Shown: in pieces, positions 63,500-64,000 of the stretch
Numbering within the stretch: the first letter of the stretch is position 1
Layout: the number at the start of each line of letters is the position of its first letter
Source of the DNA: Octopus sinensis
Taxonomy: Eukaryota
NCBI RefSeq assembly: GCF_006345805.1
Contig: NC_042999.1
Location: 156,364,001-156,428,000 of the forward strand
Length of the DNA stretch: 64,000 nucleotides
Reading direction: 5' to 3'
Position numbers and translations under genes: made by a program
Notes under the pieces: generated by a model
What the model saw: the letters and a program-made list of their open reading frames with translations, nothing else
What the model was told of the DNA's origin: nothing
Database searches by the model: none

Positions 63500-63502
<3 letters not shown>

Positions 63503-64000
63503 CTGTTCTCAGTATTTAAGGAAGCTGACAAATACAAACAAGAAATCATACCACCCAACAAATATGAAGAAGAAGAAGAAGAAGATGAAGAAACAACAAA
63601 GGCTATAAAACAAATGAAATCCAAACTAAAACTAGAACAGCAAAGACCCATGATAAAACGATGGCAAGAAAAGCCCCTTCATGGTAAATACTGGACTAAA
63701 CTAAATGCAAAAGAAATAGACAAGGAAAAATCCCAGCAATGGTTGAGAAGCTCAGGACTGAAAGCAGAGACAGAAGGATTTTTAATTGCAGCACAAGACC
63801 AAAGCCTCCCCACCAGAAATTACCAAAAACATGTAATGAAAAGAAATATAACAAGTAACTGCAGAATAAGTGGAGATGGACAAGAAACAATAAATCATAT
63901 TATCTCTGGCTGCCCAGTCCTGGCTAAGAAGGAATATATCCACAGACATGACAGAGTTGGGACCTACATACACTGGAAGCTATGCCAACATTATGGAATA
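63500..64000 (+). mobile_element. 5'-truncated Dong/R4-type LINE inserted at a (TAA)n tract; runs off the window
   Basis: Open frame [87 protein letters not shown] directly after (TAA)n. Confidence 0.88.

Overview
AT-rich, repeat-dominated eukaryotic DNA. The SINE and microsatellite make-up resembles a cephalopod (Octopus-like) genome; the species is an inference. Host genes: (1) the last coding exon of a LysM + C-terminal TM protein (LYSMD3/4-like, +, 18171-18749); its upstream exon was not found. (2) Two tandem, about 98% identical cytosolic sulfotransferase (SULT-like) genes on the minus strand. Copy 1 is complete (5 exons, 48146->33127, 300 aa). Copy 2 has exons 2-5 (63342->58265), with exon 1 beyond the window. 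PAPS-binding motifs are degenerate while the catalytic His and dimerisation motif are kept. The rest is mobile DNA: at least four tRNA-derived SINE families, a near-full-length CR1-group LINE whose ORF1 has a Myb/SANT-like domain, polyQ and two CCCH fingers, Dong/R4-type, RTE and Gypsy fragments, mariner and maT transposase relics, MITEs, Helitron-like ends and a Penelope-like (GIY-YIG) remnant. The most notable signal is about ten minimal hammerhead-ribozyme (HHR) motifs from several unrelated families. These include a young 362-bp tandem retrozyme-like repeat with a U3-A8 core variant and palindromic helix III, supported by covariation in a divergent relative, and a tRNA-headed element carrying an HHR. 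All structures and alignments were made by eye and need computational confirmation.
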